Origin: a virus
IMG/VR virus record: IMGVR_UViG_3300046170_000299
Strand: one strand, 5' to 3'
DNA length: 64,000 nt
The stretch's first letter is position 1; each line of letters opens with the position of its first letter. The notes under the pieces were generated by a model. That model worked only from the letters and a program-made list of their open reading frames with translations, was not told where the DNA came from and made no database searches. Of this stretch, positions 27,339 through 38,083 are shown in pieces. The position numbers were made by a program, and so were the translations under genes.

Positions 27339-29900
27339 TGGCACACGGATTTTTATCATATCAAGATAGCAGAGGTAAATCTGGGATTGAGAGAGCTCTG
27401 GAGGATTATCTTGAGAAGAAATTTAAAGATCTAAAAGAACATTTATTCAGAGAACGTAAAAAAACAGACCAGAAAATTGATGAAGTTTCTGTAAAAGTAG
27501 AAGGACCTGCTGCTCTGGGAGCAGGACAACAACCTTTATTATCGGGTGGAAATCAAAAAGCAGTAGCAGCAGCACCTTTACAAAGAATGCTTGGTGGCAC
27601 TGCATTACAAAAATCAATTGCAGCAGGTCCTTCAGCAATAAATCCAGAGGTTTATGGTGGTGGATTAGCTAGGGGTGGATTTAATGGAAGACCACTAAAA
27701 TCAGAAGGATTTGTTTCTGATAGAATTGTAAATATCGGTTCTACAAATCTTGGTGTAGAAAGAGATATTGGCGGTGACGATATGTTCGTCAAACGCATGG
27801 AACCTGTTGGTGGAGATAGTGGAGAAGTAGTACAGGCAATTGATAGATTGACCATGGTCACCATGGGTCTAGTTGCTGCTACAAAACAACAAACACAAGT
27901 TCAACAACAGATTGCTCAAACACAGCAACAAGAAGCAGAAAAATTAGGAAGAAAATCACTAGCAGCTTCAGAAGAATTTGCTCTAGAACAAGGTGGAGAC
28001 TTCTCTAACAACGCTGCTTATATGGGTCTTGGAGCAAACGGCATGGCCTTGATGGGTGCTGGTGGTGGTGGATCACGTAGAGGTGGTGGTCCTGGCATGG
28101 GTTTTGGTGGCAAAGCAATGGCGGCGCGACTAGGAAGAACTGTGATGAAGAGAGGTGGCGCTAGAGCTGGAACAAGACTTGGCATTGCTCTGGGTGGTAG
28201 GATGAGCAAAGGTCTTGGAAAAGGTTTAGGAAAAAAATTAGGTGGAAAAGCAATTGGTAAACTTGCTGGTGGAGCACTTGCAAAGAGTTTAGGAAAGAAA
28301 ATTCCACTGGTAGGATTAGGACTAGGTGCTGTTTTTGCTGCTCAAAGAGCACTACAGGGTGATTTCCTTGGTGCTGGTTTAGGAATTAGCTTCTGGTGCA
28401 GCATCTACTATTCCTGGTGCTGGTACTGCTGCTTCTGTCGGTATTGATGCTGCTTTAGCTGCAAAAGATATGACATCCTTCTCAGAAGGTGGAATTCCTA
28501 CTGGAGACAATGTTGTTGCTTTACTTAATGATAGACCAGATAAAAAACGAGAGGCAGTATTGCCTCTAACTGATAAAACTTTCTTAGACTTTGGTGAAGG
28601 AATTTTAAATGCACAGAAAAAAAATAAAAATACGTTTGCTAAATTGCAAGCACAAGGAATGGCGCAATACTATGATAAGCAAAGTGGTTGGTCAGGGTTT
28701 ATCGATGGTTTCATAAAAGTCTTTAAACAGTTAACTGGTGGAATCAAGATTTTTGGTAAAAAACTCTTTAATTGGGGAAATGATGGAGATGATGATTCCT
28801 CATCAAATGATGGTATTAGTGGAGAAAAAGGAGATCCAAAAATAAAACTAGGTAGTTCCGAAGAAGCAAGAATTGCTGCTGCTCTAGTAACTGAAGGTGC
28901 TGGTGGAACTGCTTCTACTGATATTTTACAGGTTCTAGCAAATAGAATGGAAAGTGATAAATATGGAAACAAGTTATACTGACATTCTATCTGCAAGAGG
29001 TCAATTTGCTGGTGTATTTGATAGATATGGCGCAGGAAATGAAGAAAAAGCAATTTCTGAATTCAGAGGAATTAGTTCTATTGAAGATGCAGCTGCATTT
29101 GCAGGTGTTTCAGAGAAGGTAATTAAACAAAGAATTGCTGATATGAGAAATGCTGAATTAAGAAAGAGTTCCGCAGAACATGTTGGTGGAGCACTAGAGT
29201 TTAGAGCAGCTCCTGGTTACTATACGGCAGACGGAGGAGAACGTCTAGTTGAAGGTGAAATGGGATCTGATGGTAGATTCTATGGTTCTTCGTGGAGAGG
29301 TGGATCAGGTGACAACCAGTATTTGACAACTGCTGGTAAAGATCCAATGCTTTCTAGGTGGTGCGGCAAGTGTTGACTATGATGGAATGACAACTACTCC
29401 AGACGCAAAACCAGACCGAAAAACCAGACCCACCAGCTGGTGCTGACTGGACAAAATCATTGAATCTGGGTAACCAACCGTTTATTGATTTTGGTGATGA
29501 TAATCAGTTTCGTGCTGCCAAGAACGGTAATGGTGGGTATACTATCACGAAAAAAACAGGTTTTCTTGGTGCTAGGCAACGCATTGAAACTAAAGGTAAA
29601 AACCTTGACTTAAAACCTCTATTAATAGAGGCTGCTGCAAAAGAAGTAAGTTCCTTAAATCCAACAACAGATAATGACTCAAACAAACTTGCTACAACTG
29701 TTGATAATCCCGATGCATTAAATATAGCTTCTGTAGATGCTCAAACTGCTTCTGCAGGAGCAACTACAATTAACTACATCACCAACAACACATCTGGTGA
29801 TAAATCTTCTGGAGGAGGAGATGATGTAGCATTAGGAACTAACTTTGATGGTATGGGTCCTAATCCAATCTTTACTACTATGGCATTTAGAGCTGCCTAA
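27338..29900 (+). CDS. tape-measure-like protein with SleB/Hydrolase_2-type cell-wall hydrolase domain; about 4 frameshifts
   Basis: Track ORFs 27338-28447, 28470-28982, 28954-29376 and 29460-29900 join after removing single bases near 28383, 28965, 29355 and 29420. Gln-rich coiled coil, Gly/Lys-rich KKIPLVGLGLG segment, and LVTEGAGG...ILQVLANR...ILSARGQF. Confidence 0.7.
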
Positions 29901-29903
29901 ACT

Positions 29904-31337
29904 ATGGAAAATTTTTCTTCACCAACTGATTTCGTACTTAAAAGTTTTAGAATTTTTAAGGGAGGAACTAATACAGATATTGAGATTAAAAAATTAGTTG
30001 CAAATTTTGAATATATTGAGTCTATTTTAAGTCCCTTTATAGTAGCTGGTGCTACTCTAGTTGATAGTGCTGGTTTACTTGGATCTCTTCCTATTAAAGG
30101 TGGAGAAAGGGTAATTATTGAAATGTTGACAAATATTAGTGAGGTTCCAATTCGATATGATATGGTTCTTTGGAGAGTCTCTGATCGTTTTGCTCAACAA
30201 CAGAAACAAGTATATAAAATTGGTTTAATATCTCCTGAAGCATTGGCGAATGAAATTACAAGAGTTAATGTTGTAATGGAAGGTAATCCTGAGGGGATTA
30301 TTAAAAAGATGATAAAACAACCAGAATATATTGGTAGTCAAAAAGAGTTTTTCTCAGAACCTTCTTTATTTGAAAATAAAATAATTCCTAATAATAAAAG
30401 ACCATTTGATCTTATTACACAACTAGCAGTTAAGAGTATTTCTCCTAAAGCTAAGTTTGAAACTAAGAATACATCAAACAATAATAAATCAGAACAACAA
30501 ATTAAAGGCAGTGGTGGATTTTTCTTTTGGGAAACACGTAGAGGATATAATTTCTTTGCAGTTGATTCTTTATGTGCTGATGATAAAAGTCCTCTAAAAT
30601 CTGATAGATTACAGGTAAAAGCATGGGGTGATGCACCAAATAAACCTTATACTGAAAGATTGGGAAATATTGGAGATGGTGCGGATGAAAGATTTACAAT
30701 TAAAAAATCTATCTTTGATTCTGAGGTTGATACTCTTGCATCTTTAAGAGTGGGAAAATATTCTTCTTTAATAGTATTCTTCAATCATTCAACAGGGCAA
30801 TATGAAGAGTATGTCTATAAAATTAAAGATAGTTATGATAACATGTCACATCTTGGAGGACAAGATTCTCTTTCTTTAATTCCTGTACAAAATGTAGAAT
30901 TATCTGATTACCCTAGTAGAATTATGTCAGTATACTTAGATCATGAATCTTGGTCTAATGAACTCGAACCTGCTTCACCAGAACCAAGAGATAAATCTAA
31001 ATCCCCAACAAAATTTGCTGATTGGCAAAAATATTATATGGCACAATCTATAGCAAGGTATAGGTTACTTACAAATCAGAAGTGTAGTATCGTAATACCT
31101 GGAAATGCTGAAATATGTGCAGGAGACAGAATTAATGTTAGACTAGTCAGTAAGCTACCAACTTCATTAGGAAAGGACGAACCTTTCGATTTGGAGAGTA
31201 GCGGACAATACTTGATTCAAGAAGTAACGCATTCTTTTGATCCTTTATCTGGATCAAATGGTACATTTTACACCACATTGCGCTTGATGAGAGACTCTTA
31301 TGGACAAAAGGATAAAGTGTCCTCACATAGTAAATAA
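29904..31337 (+). CDS. baseplate hub protein (gp27-like position)
   Basis: FEYIESILSPFI...LVDSAGL...GGERV...FFFWETRRGYNF..VDSL...IPGNAEICAGD.I...SSGQYLI..VTH. Confidence 0.75.
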   Translation: MENFSSPTDFVLKSFRIFKGGTNTDIEIKKLVANFEYIESILSPFIVAGATLVDSAGLLGSLPIKGGERVIIEMLTNISEVPIRYDMVLWRVSDRFAQQQKQVYKIGLISPEALANEITRVNVVMEGNPEGIIKKMIKQPEYIGSQKEFFSEPSLFENKIIPNNKRPFDLITQLAVKSISPKAKFETKNTSNNNKSEQQIKGSGGFFFWETRRGYNFFAVDSLCADDKSPLKSDRLQVKAWGDAPNKPYTERLGNIGDGADERFTIKKSIFDSEVDTLASLRVGKYSSLIVFFNHSTGQYEEYVYKIKDSYDNMSHLGGQDSLSLIPVQNVELSDYPSRIMSVYLDHESWSNELEPASPEPRDKSKSPTKFADWQKYYMAQSIARYRLLTNQKCSIVIPGNAEICAGDRINVRLVSKLPTSLGKDEPFDLESSGQYLIQEVTHSFDPLSGSNGTFYTTLRLMRDSYGQKDKVSSHSK

Positions 31338-31340
31338 ATA
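31333..31340 (+). promoter_or_regulatory. late promoter upstream of cp12
   Basis: AATAAATA about 20 nt upstream of the ATG. Confidence 0.6.
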
Positions 31341-31361
31341 ACTAAAGGAAACTACCTACTT

Positions 31362-31589
31362 ATGGACAGTATCGAACAGCATATCGAAAAGGACAAAGAG
31401 ATTCTTGAGAATCCTACTATTTCACCGCAACAACGTCGTCACATTGAAGGTGAACTGCATGAATTAGAAGAGTATGCAGAACATAATAAGAAAGATATTG
31501 AAGCAGGTGATCATCACGATCCTTCATATCTTGAACTTTATTGTGATCAAAACCCTTCTGAACCAGAATGTTTAGTATATGATGATTGA
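31362..31589 (+). CDS. cp12: Calvin-cycle inhibitor CP12
   Basis: C-terminal ELYCDQNPSEPECLVYDD; N-terminus ISPQQRRHIEGEL as in picocyanobacterial/phage CP12. Confidence 0.95.
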   Translation: MDSIEQHIEKDKEILENPTISPQQRRHIEGELHELEEYAEHNKKDIEAGDHHDPSYLELYCDQNPSEPECLVYDD

Positions 31590-34484
31590 ATATGGATGAC
31601 TCATTATCACGGTTAGTACCAGTAAATCAAATTGGATCCGATGGATACGCTTGGTGGATTGGACAAGTAGAAGGAACTGTAGATGACGATAAAAACAATA
31701 AAGGTGGATATCGTTATAAGGTAAGAATTGTAGGAGATCATCCTGGTAATAAGGATATTCTTCCTACTGCTGCTTTGCCATGGGCAACCGTGATGATGCC
31801 AGTTACAACACCATTCATGCCAGGTAATGTTGGTGGTGCAGCTTCTCAGTTAATTGAAGGTTGCTGGGTAACTGGATTTTATGTAGACGCAGACAAAGCA
31901 GAAACCTATTATCTTAGGTTCTATTGGTCAAACACCTGCAGCTACAAAGATTATTAATACGCCAGGACCAGAAAGAAAAGCATTTGTTACAGGAGAGAGT
32001 TATGGGTCACAAGTTGACCCATATAAAGATGGGGCAGAAGAAGTAACAGAATCAGGCACTACTGAAACATCAGGTGTTTCTGAAAAGGGTGCTAGAACAG
32101 GTTCTGGTCTATCTACAGGAAGAGAAGTTGAGGATGAAGATGGTGAAAAGAGAGAAGACGTTCCTGTACCACCAGCAACAAAAGAAAGATTGAAAAGAGA
32201 AGAGTGGTGTCAAAGTGTTGCTGAAAAATGCAAAGACCAAGATTTAAAAACACAGATGACCAATATTGTTGGTCAGATGTTAGCTGATATACAGAATAAT
32301 GGTGGCAACATTGGAGATTTTTATGTTAACAAAGTTAGTGGTGGTGTAAACAGTTCAATTGCTAAGGCTAGAACATCTATTAACAAAGCACAGCGTGTTG
32401 TTACTGAGTTCTTGGCAAGAATTAAAGGTTATATTAAACAACAATTACAGGAGGCTGTAGACAACTTAGTGAAGGCATTACTGAAACCAGATGAAACTGG
32501 TAATGCTTTAACTCCTGTAACAGAATTCTTCAACAATGCTTTGAAAGACCTTGGTTGTCAAATGGCAGACTTGGGTGAACGTTTGATGGCATGGTTAACA
32601 AATGTATTGATGAGTTATGTCAACAAAGCATATCGCGCTGCTATTTGTCATATAGATGAGTTTGTAAATGGAATCATCTCTAAGATCAATCAGTTGATTA
32701 CTGAAATCCTTGGTAAAATATTAGGACCTTTACAAGATATTCTTGGTGCTATTGCTGAACCACTTAATATGATTGGTCAAGCTATCAATTTTGTTCTAAA
32801 ACTTCTTGGCATTTCTTGTTCTGGTCCAGATCAAACATGTAATAAGTACAAGAAAGCATGTACTAATGGAGAAGAAGAAAAGAAAAAAGATGATGAAGAT
32901 TTCTTGGATAATCTTTTGAGTAGTATTGATAATCTATTTGGAGATACTCCTGGTGATTATACACAGTATGTTTGTGAAGAAGCATATACTGGAAATCCAT
33001 TAACACTTACTACTATTGGATTTACTGGAGGTGTTCCTTTACCATATACACCAAAAGGTCCTGATGATGTATCTACAAAGAGACCAAAAATTACATATAA
33101 TATTCAAGATATTAAAGTAACTAGGGGTGATATTGCTATATTCACAATTAATCGTTCTGGATACCTAGGATCTGCTTCTTCTGTTACATTCAAAACTTTA
33201 GATACACAAGGTACAGCAACTCCTGAGGAGGATTACTTACCAGCAAATACAATTGTTGGTTTTCAACCAGAAGAAACTTCAAAAACTGTTGAGATTCGGA
33301 CGTTTGGAGATCCATTATCTGATAGATCAACAGAAAAATTTTATGTAAGTATCAAGAAAAATAGTCCAATTGATAGTAGCGGAATCAAATCATTTTTTAC
33401 ATCTAATATTGCAGAGTGTGAGATTTCACCACAACCAATTAAAGAAGTATATCCTCCATACAAACCACCAGCAGAAAATCCAATTGATATTGATGTTCCT
33501 GAAGATCCTGTGACTCCTCCTGATGATGATGGAGATGGTACGCCAAATGATCCTACCGACGATCCATCTAACACTACACCTTCTTATGAAGTTGTAGCTA
33601 ACAGATCTATTTGTCCAGAAGATGAATTTATTATCTATTCAATTACTACTAGTAATGTAGATAATGGAACTATTTTATTCTACAACTTATTCGGTCAAGG
33701 TATTACATCTGATGATATCATTAATGGGTCTTTAACTGGATCATTTGTTGTTAACAATGGAAAAGCACAAGTAACTGTTGGTATTGCAGAAGATGATGTA
33801 GTAGAAGAGGCAGAAAATCTAACTTTTGCTATTACAGGTAAGGGAGCTACTGCAGATGTTTTAATTGTATCAAGAAAAGATCTAAACCTTCCTGATTTTG
33901 ATGAAAGTGTTGGTGATTCTATTGAGAGTGTATTTGAGGAGTTTAAACCACCTGCAATTAATATTCCTGATGTAATTACTGATGATAATGGTGGTATTAT
34001 CGAAATTCCTGTGGATAATCCTGGCGATCCATGGGCAGAACCACCATTCGTATTCATTGGTGGGGAAGGAGTTGGTGCAACTGCAACGGCATTATTAGAT
34101 GACAATGGATTCTTAACTGAAATTCGTGTCATCTCACCAGGATTTGGTTATAAGAAAAACCGCTCTGATGATAACGACAAGAGATGTGTCATTGATACAT
34201 TTACCGCTGTTAAATTTGGAATTGGATACAAAGTTAAACCAGAGATTTTTATTAATGATGAACCAGGATTAGCAGAAGCTATCATTAATGATGATGGATT
34301 TTTAATTGGTGCTAGAATTCTCAATAGAACAAAAACTTTTGAAGGATTTCCTGAGATCAAAGTCGTTGGTGGTGGTGGATATGGAGGACAATTGTTACCT
34401 TCATTAGTATGTCTAGATACAGATGGACTTTCCAAGATTGGTTCTACTAAAATTGGTACAGGTCGTTATGTTGATTGTCCTTAG
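31586..34484 (+). CDS. gp5: baseplate central spike gp5-like (OB-fold, no lysozyme; Calx-beta-like domain); one frameshift near 31895
   Basis: WWIGQVEG...RYKVRIVGDHP...LPWATVMMP...GCWVTGFYVD then KQKPIILGSIG after removing one A; joins track ORF 32190-34484. Confidence 0.85.
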
Positions 34485-34496
34485 GAGATGTAGATA

Positions 34497-35378
34497 ATGG
34501 CAGCTGCTTCACAAAAAACTTATAATAGTATTAAGAAGGATGGTATTGCAAAACCAACAACTCCTGATGAAACACAAGATACCAGTGGTATTAGATTGTC
34601 TTATGCTTATAAAGGGTTTAGGACAAGAGCATCTATCTATGAAAGAATACTTCCAGATAAACTCACAACAGCATTGTGTATTGATGGTCCTTCAGGTTCT
34701 GATAATGCAATGACCTTCCATAATGATGGGAGAATTACTGTCATGACTGGAGCAAGAGATCCTAATAAAGGTGCTGCTAGTGGAAAATTAAATATCACAA
34801 CGTATGGTGGTCTTCATAAACATGAAGGCAGAGTTAATATGGAGTTTAACGAAGGTGATAATCAAAAACCACAAGGTGATGGACAAGCATTAAACATCAT
34901 ATGTTATGGGGATTATATAGATGAGGCTAAAGGATCAGAAAGAATTATAAAAGCAAATATAATTAGAATCGAAGCTGTTGAAGAATTAGTTTTATCGGGT
35001 GGATCTATTAAAATTCAATCTCAGTCTGATATTGAGATGGCTGCTACTGCTATCAACTCTGCACAAATCAATAAGAAGGATATTATTCTAGGTCAGAAGA
35101 TGAGTTTTGGTGCTGGAGAAGAAACTTCAATCCAGTTTGACCCAAGATCTAATCAATCTGTTGTTTCACCAGGTCATATTAGTCATGTTATTGCTGGAGA
35201 CTACAAACAATACATTGGTGGTGTATCTAATATCACCGCTGCTGGTGGTACGTTTGCTGTTCCTTTAGTGAAAGACAGATTCAATACATATAAAGTGAAA
35301 TCCCTTTTAGGAAACACAGAGATTTCCTCTACAGTAGGAACCACTTCTATAAAAGGATTGTTAGTTTACCTTAATTAA
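34497..35378 (+). CDS. gp5 C-terminal-like beta-helical spike protein
   Basis: Directly follows gp5; Gly/beta-rich repeats such as GDYIDEAKGSE and GDYKQYIGG. Confidence 0.6.
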   Translation: MAAASQKTYNSIKKDGIAKPTTPDETQDTSGIRLSYAYKGFRTRASIYERILPDKLTTALCIDGPSGSDNAMTFHNDGRITVMTGARDPNKGAASGKLNITTYGGLHKHEGRVNMEFNEGDNQKPQGDGQALNIICYGDYIDEAKGSERIIKANIIRIEAVEELVLSGGSIKIQSQSDIEMAATAINSAQINKKDIILGQKMSFGAGEETSIQFDPRSNQSVVSPGHISHVIAGDYKQYIGGVSNITAAGGTFAVPLVKDRFNTYKVKSLLGNTEISSTVGTTSIKGLLVYLN

Positions 35379-35382
35379 AATT

Positions 35383-35664
35383 ATGATTTTTTGGATTGGA
35401 TTCTTTGTCATGTTCTTCAATGAAGGATTTGTTATGATGAGACACGTATCACCGTGGTTCTCTAGACAAAGAGATAAATTTATTGAAAAGTATGGTGCAA
35501 ACGCATGGTATAGATTCCATGGTATACTTGACTATACTTGGATTGTACTAGTAGCTATTGGTTTAATTGTAAACCCCAATAGAGTAATACATGTTATGGC
35601 ATTAGTAACTTTCTGGGTATTATCTTTCATTATATTTTACTTACCGAGATGGATCCGCAGATGA
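35383..35664 (+). CDS. membrane protein (3 TM)
   Basis: FFNEGFVMMRHVSPWF...RFHGILDYTWI. Confidence 0.75.
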   Translation: MIFWIGFFVMFFNEGFVMMRHVSPWFSRQRDKFIEKYGANAWYRFHGILDYTWIVLVAIGLIVNPNRVIHVMALVTFWVLSFIIFYLPRWIRR

Positions 35665-35888
35665 ATCAAATTACAGTTTTCATATACCTGATATGTTTTG
35701 TTAGTCTATTGGGAGCTACATTTGCGTTCATGTTTACTATGATGACATCAACACTTAAAGAATTTGATAAACCTAAAAAGAAAAATAATACCGTATTACC
35801 CGCACCTCATCCTGAAATGGAAGGAGTCAAGTCTGGAACGGAATTGCTAGTATTCAGAAGCGAAGACAATGATTTAGAGGATAATTGA
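35649..35888 (+). CDS. membrane-anchored protein (DUF2973-like)
   Basis: TM then PHPEM..VKSG.ELLVF. Confidence 0.7.
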   Translation: MDPQMNQITVFIYLICFVSLLGATFAFMFTMMTSTLKEFDKPKKKNNTVLPAPHPEMEGVKSGTELLVFRSEDNDLEDN

Positions 35889-36023
35889 TAAGTTTAACTT
35901 ATTATAATGGTAAGGAATGCTCATAGCAAACTGGCACAAGGGGGGTTGATTTTTGGTCTCAACCCTGATAAATTAACCTTGTAGCAATCAGAGAAGGTGC
36001 CTCAACTAATCGCACCAACTCAC

Positions 36024-36052
36024 TTGACGCGCTCTGTATCATGTGCTATACT
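36024..36052 (+). promoter_or_regulatory. sigma70-type promoter
   Basis: TTGACG-17-TATACT with TG extension. Confidence 0.8.
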
Positions 36053-36058
36053 TTTCAA

Positions 36059-36136
36059 GCAGTCGGGAATAACCGACTCTCCATCTGCGGGTAACCACTC
36101 CGCAAGCAAACAAACATTTAAACGAGGAAAATTTCA
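36059..36136 (+). promoter_or_regulatory. structured 5' leader of the OMP gene
   Basis: Hairpins AGTCGG/CCGACT (36061-36078) and TGCGG/CCGCA (36086-36104) before the GAGG RBS. Confidence 0.5.
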
Positions 36137-36511
36137 ATGATCAAAACCGCTTTTGCTGCCCTTGCAGCTGCTTCTGCAATCGCTGCTCCTGCCGCATTCG
36201 CTGGTCCTTACGTCAACGTAGAGGCTAACTCTGGTTGGACGGGATCCGATTATTCTGGGACGAATACAGACCTTCACGTAGGGTATGAAGGTGCTCTTGG
36301 CGAATCTGCATCATACTACGTCCAAGGAGGCGCTACTGTACTTTCTCCCGATGGCGGAGAATCTGACACTGTTCCTTCTGGTAAGGCAGGCGTTGGCGTT
36401 GGCGTTACTGATGCTCTTGGTCTCTACGGAGAAGTCAGTTTCGTTGGTTCGGGTTCTGACAGCGTTGACCGTGGATACGGTACAAAGGCAGGTATCAAGT
36501 ATTCATTCTGA
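36137..36511 (+). CDS. small outer-membrane beta-barrel protein
   Basis: Signal peptide MIKTAFAALAAASAIAAPAAFA, alternating beta strands, C-terminal GIKYSF beta-signal. Confidence 0.8.
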   Translation: MIKTAFAALAAASAIAAPAAFAGPYVNVEANSGWTGSDYSGTNTDLHVGYEGALGESASYYVQGGATVLSPDGGESDTVPSGKAGVGVGVTDALGLYGEVSFVGSGSDSVDRGYGTKAGIKYSF

Positions 36512-36549
36512 TACTAGTTGCGTAATTGTAATGGTGTGATATAATAACA

Positions 36550-36574
36550 GGGAGTCTTAGGACTCCCTTTTTTT
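36550..36574 (+). terminator. rho-independent terminator
   Basis: GGGAGTC-TTAG-GACTCCC plus T run. Confidence 0.85.
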
Positions 36575-36605
36575 ATTCTAAATATCAACGGTTAGTAATT
36601 AAAAT

Positions 36606-36920
36606 ATGCTTTCTACTCAATATAGATTAAGATTAGAAGGTATTTGCAAAAAAATTGCAAATAACGAAGCGGTAGTTCTGCAAGACATGATCTGGGCAGA
36701 GAAACTTTCTAAATCTCATACAACCGCAAGAGAATGGTTGAGGCAAGCTAGAAGACAATCTTCACAAAATATAGAGGAGGGAAGTACCGAGGATTTTTTG
36801 AATAGGATGGGTTTAGGAGATCCTGATCCGTCCAAACATAGAACTAAATTTGACGGTGCTGATGATATAAAAGAATGGTTTCACCAAGACAAACCTGATG
36901 ATTGGAGGCAAAGGGATTGA
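36606..36920 (+). CDS. conserved cyanophage/cyanobacterial hypothetical protein
   Basis: MLSTQYRLRLEGICKKIAN...DMIWAEKLSK...DWRQRD. Confidence 0.85.
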   Translation: MLSTQYRLRLEGICKKIANNEAVVLQDMIWAEKLSKSHTTAREWLRQARRQSSQNIEEGSTEDFLNRMGLGDPDPSKHRTKFDGADDIKEWFHQDKPDDWRQRD

Positions 36921-36928
36921 GTAGTAAG

Positions 36929-37217
36929 ATGATGTTCTTGGTTGATGCTGGTGACGGTAGATGCATCAGTCACGATGGATACATACAATTGGGTAGTTTC
37001 TCTCATTCTGTAGAGAAGCATCTAGAGTTAAATCCAGAACAAGAATGGCAGGTAACATATTGGATGCCTGATCCATTCTATATGAGATATCCACGACCTA
37101 ATTATCAGCACACTATGAAGGCGAACGAAGGTTCTCCCTAAAACTGATAATGCTACTGATAGTCGTCCTAGAGACTTCCCCGACCAAACAACAACCAGAT
37201 TAGAGAGAACATTATGA
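36929..37217 (+). CDS. conserved hypothetical protein; frameshift near 37137
   Basis: FLVDAGDGRCISHDGYIQLGSFSHSVEKHL...; continues as GSPKTDNATDSRPRDFPD if one C is removed. Confidence 0.65.
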
Positions 37218-37349
37218 ATGATTTTCTAGACAACCTAGCAGCAAACCAATATCAAAAACAAAAGGATAGAGATACCATCAAGGATCTAAGAACGTGAAAT
37301 TGATGAACTCAAATCACAAATCGTAGTTTTAAAATCAATGAAACTATGA
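37214..37349 (+). CDS. small coiled-coil protein; frameshift near 37286
   Basis: MNDFLDNLAANQYQK...; joins ...EIDELKSQIVVLKSMKL after removing one A. Confidence 0.45.
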
Positions 37350-37585
37350 ATGATTTCAAGATTACTCCTCAAACATACATTGATATGAATAAGGAGTTTG
37401 AAGAAGACGATATTCCTTTTAGGATTGTTATTCCTACACAGGAAGCGATTGATAAGCATCGTTCACAACCACCACTTCCTTATAACACACCACCAGCAGT
37501 GGACATGGTTGCTGAAATGTGGGCAGAGCACAATAGAATAGAGGAAGAACGCAAACTACAACTTGAGATAGATCTAGGAGAATAA
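37346..37585 (+). CDS. hypothetical protein
   Basis: ITPQTYIDMNKEFEEDDIPFRI. Confidence 0.7.
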   Translation: MNDFKITPQTYIDMNKEFEEDDIPFRIVIPTQEAIDKHRSQPPLPYNTPPAVDMVAEMWAEHNRIEEERKLQLEIDLGE

Positions 37586-37589
37586 ATCA

Positions 37590-37844
37590 ATGTCAAATTT
37601 AACAGCTGTAATTTACAGTAATGGTAGTCAAGAATGTGATCGCATGGCATCACTTTTAAAAGTATTACCTCAAGTTGAAGATTTTCATAGATACGAACTA
37701 GATAAGGATTTTACCAAACAGCAATTTCAAATGGAATTTGGAGGAGATGCATCATACCCTCAAGTTTCATTAGGCAACAAGCATATTGGTAATATGCATG
37801 ATACATTAAGCTACATGAAAAACATACACATGCTTGACAAATAA
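37590..37844 (+). CDS. glutaredoxin-like protein (single Cys)
   Basis: AVIYSNGSQECDR...FQMEFG..ASYPQV..G.KHIG. Confidence 0.8.
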   Translation: MSNLTAVIYSNGSQECDRMASLLKVLPQVEDFHRYELDKDFTKQQFQMEFGGDASYPQVSLGNKHIGNMHDTLSYMKNIHMLDK

Positions 37845-37885
37845 AATCAAACCATGTACAATTTAAACCATATGACCTTATTAGC

Positions 37886-38083
37886 ATGAATTATAAACCC
37901 TATAGTATGGAGTGGAACAGGCGTCGTTACTTAGCAGAAGCGATTAAGACCTATTTTAATGATGATGTTGACCCTAACATTGTTGTTGATGATATTCGTG
38001 ATGTCCTTACTGAGGAAATTGATTACTATAGGGGACGTGCTGATGATTTACAACAAGTAATGGACGGTATTAACAATGACTAA
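37886..38083 (+). CDS. hypothetical protein
   Basis: Follows the promoter TTGACA (37834)-17-TACAAT. Confidence 0.7.
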   Translation: MNYKPYSMEWNRRRYLAEAIKTYFNDDVDPNIVVDDIRDVLTEEIDYYRGRADDLQQVMDGINND

